Positions 63,685 to 64,000 of a stretch of 64,000 nt of DNA are shown one piece after another. Source of the stretch: Psammoneis japonica (taxonomy: Eukaryota); contig QPGO01000035.1 of the NCBI GenBank assembly GCA_008632985.1, forward strand, positions 111,899 to 175,898. Reading direction: 5' to 3'. Position 1 is the stretch's first letter. Every line of letters starts with the position of its first letter. The notes below the pieces were generated by a model that saw only the letters and a program-made list of their open reading frames with translations, did no database searches and was not told the origin of the DNA. Made by a program: the position numbers and the translations under genes.

Positions 63685-64000
63685 ATCACGATGAGGGATG
63701 ATGACCTGGAGGAATTTGTCAGGCAAGTGCAGCTCCCAATCAGCGAGCAGGTCGAAATGCATCGAGATTTTGCGGTGGAACAAGCAGAACATTTTTGGCC
63801 CATGCAAGACAATCGCCTGAAATGTTTCTTTGACACGCACAAGGAAGAATCATCCAAGTTCCCTGCTGGTGATGTTGGATGAGGTCATGCTGGTCATGTT
63901 GTGAAAATGGCTTTGCATTGCCGACCCCCTCTGTTCCAACAAGACAAAGAGTTGGTGGTGTGATGAAGTCCTCTCGAAAGAGAAACTTGATTGGCCTTGA
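63685..64000. other. Start of a fifth TpA-free block (runs off the window)
   Basis: No TA seen in the last ~315 bp, while some CG remains. Confidence 0.6.

Overview
Eukaryotic nuclear DNA, most likely from a diatom (inferred from short GT-AG introns, bipartite plastid-targeting-like leaders and diatom-type gene and transposon families). About 24 host genes lie in gene-dense islands. They include RPS12, an HSF factor, an MFS transporter, class I aldolase, eIF6, MsrA, ABCB and ABCG transporters, an M43 protease, PP1 inhibitor-2, a nitroreductase, a PARP-WWE protein, a UGA/SECIS DsbA/FrnE-type selenoprotein and an ankyrin protein. Five blocks of degenerate transposon DNA are interleaved with these islands (~5.1-8.05, 30.1-32.9, 37.8-48.6, 55.3-59.4 and 63.7-64 kb). 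The most striking signal is in these blocks. They have lost CpG, as expected for methylated repeats, and have also lost almost every TpA, both apparently converted to TpG/CpA. Internal comparisons support directional TA->TG/CA change: an unmutated versus mutated LTR pair, one TIR mismatch in a young hAT MITE, and Tyr->His/Cys at conserved retroelement positions. Surviving TAs are mostly YTAR. This suggests a domain-restricted, context-specific A-to-G (T-to-C) hypermutation of repeats, opposite in direction to fungal RIP; the mechanism is inference only. The many ORFs inside these blocks are artefacts of lost TAA/TAG stops. Many real genes carry single-base frameshifts, probably assembly errors.
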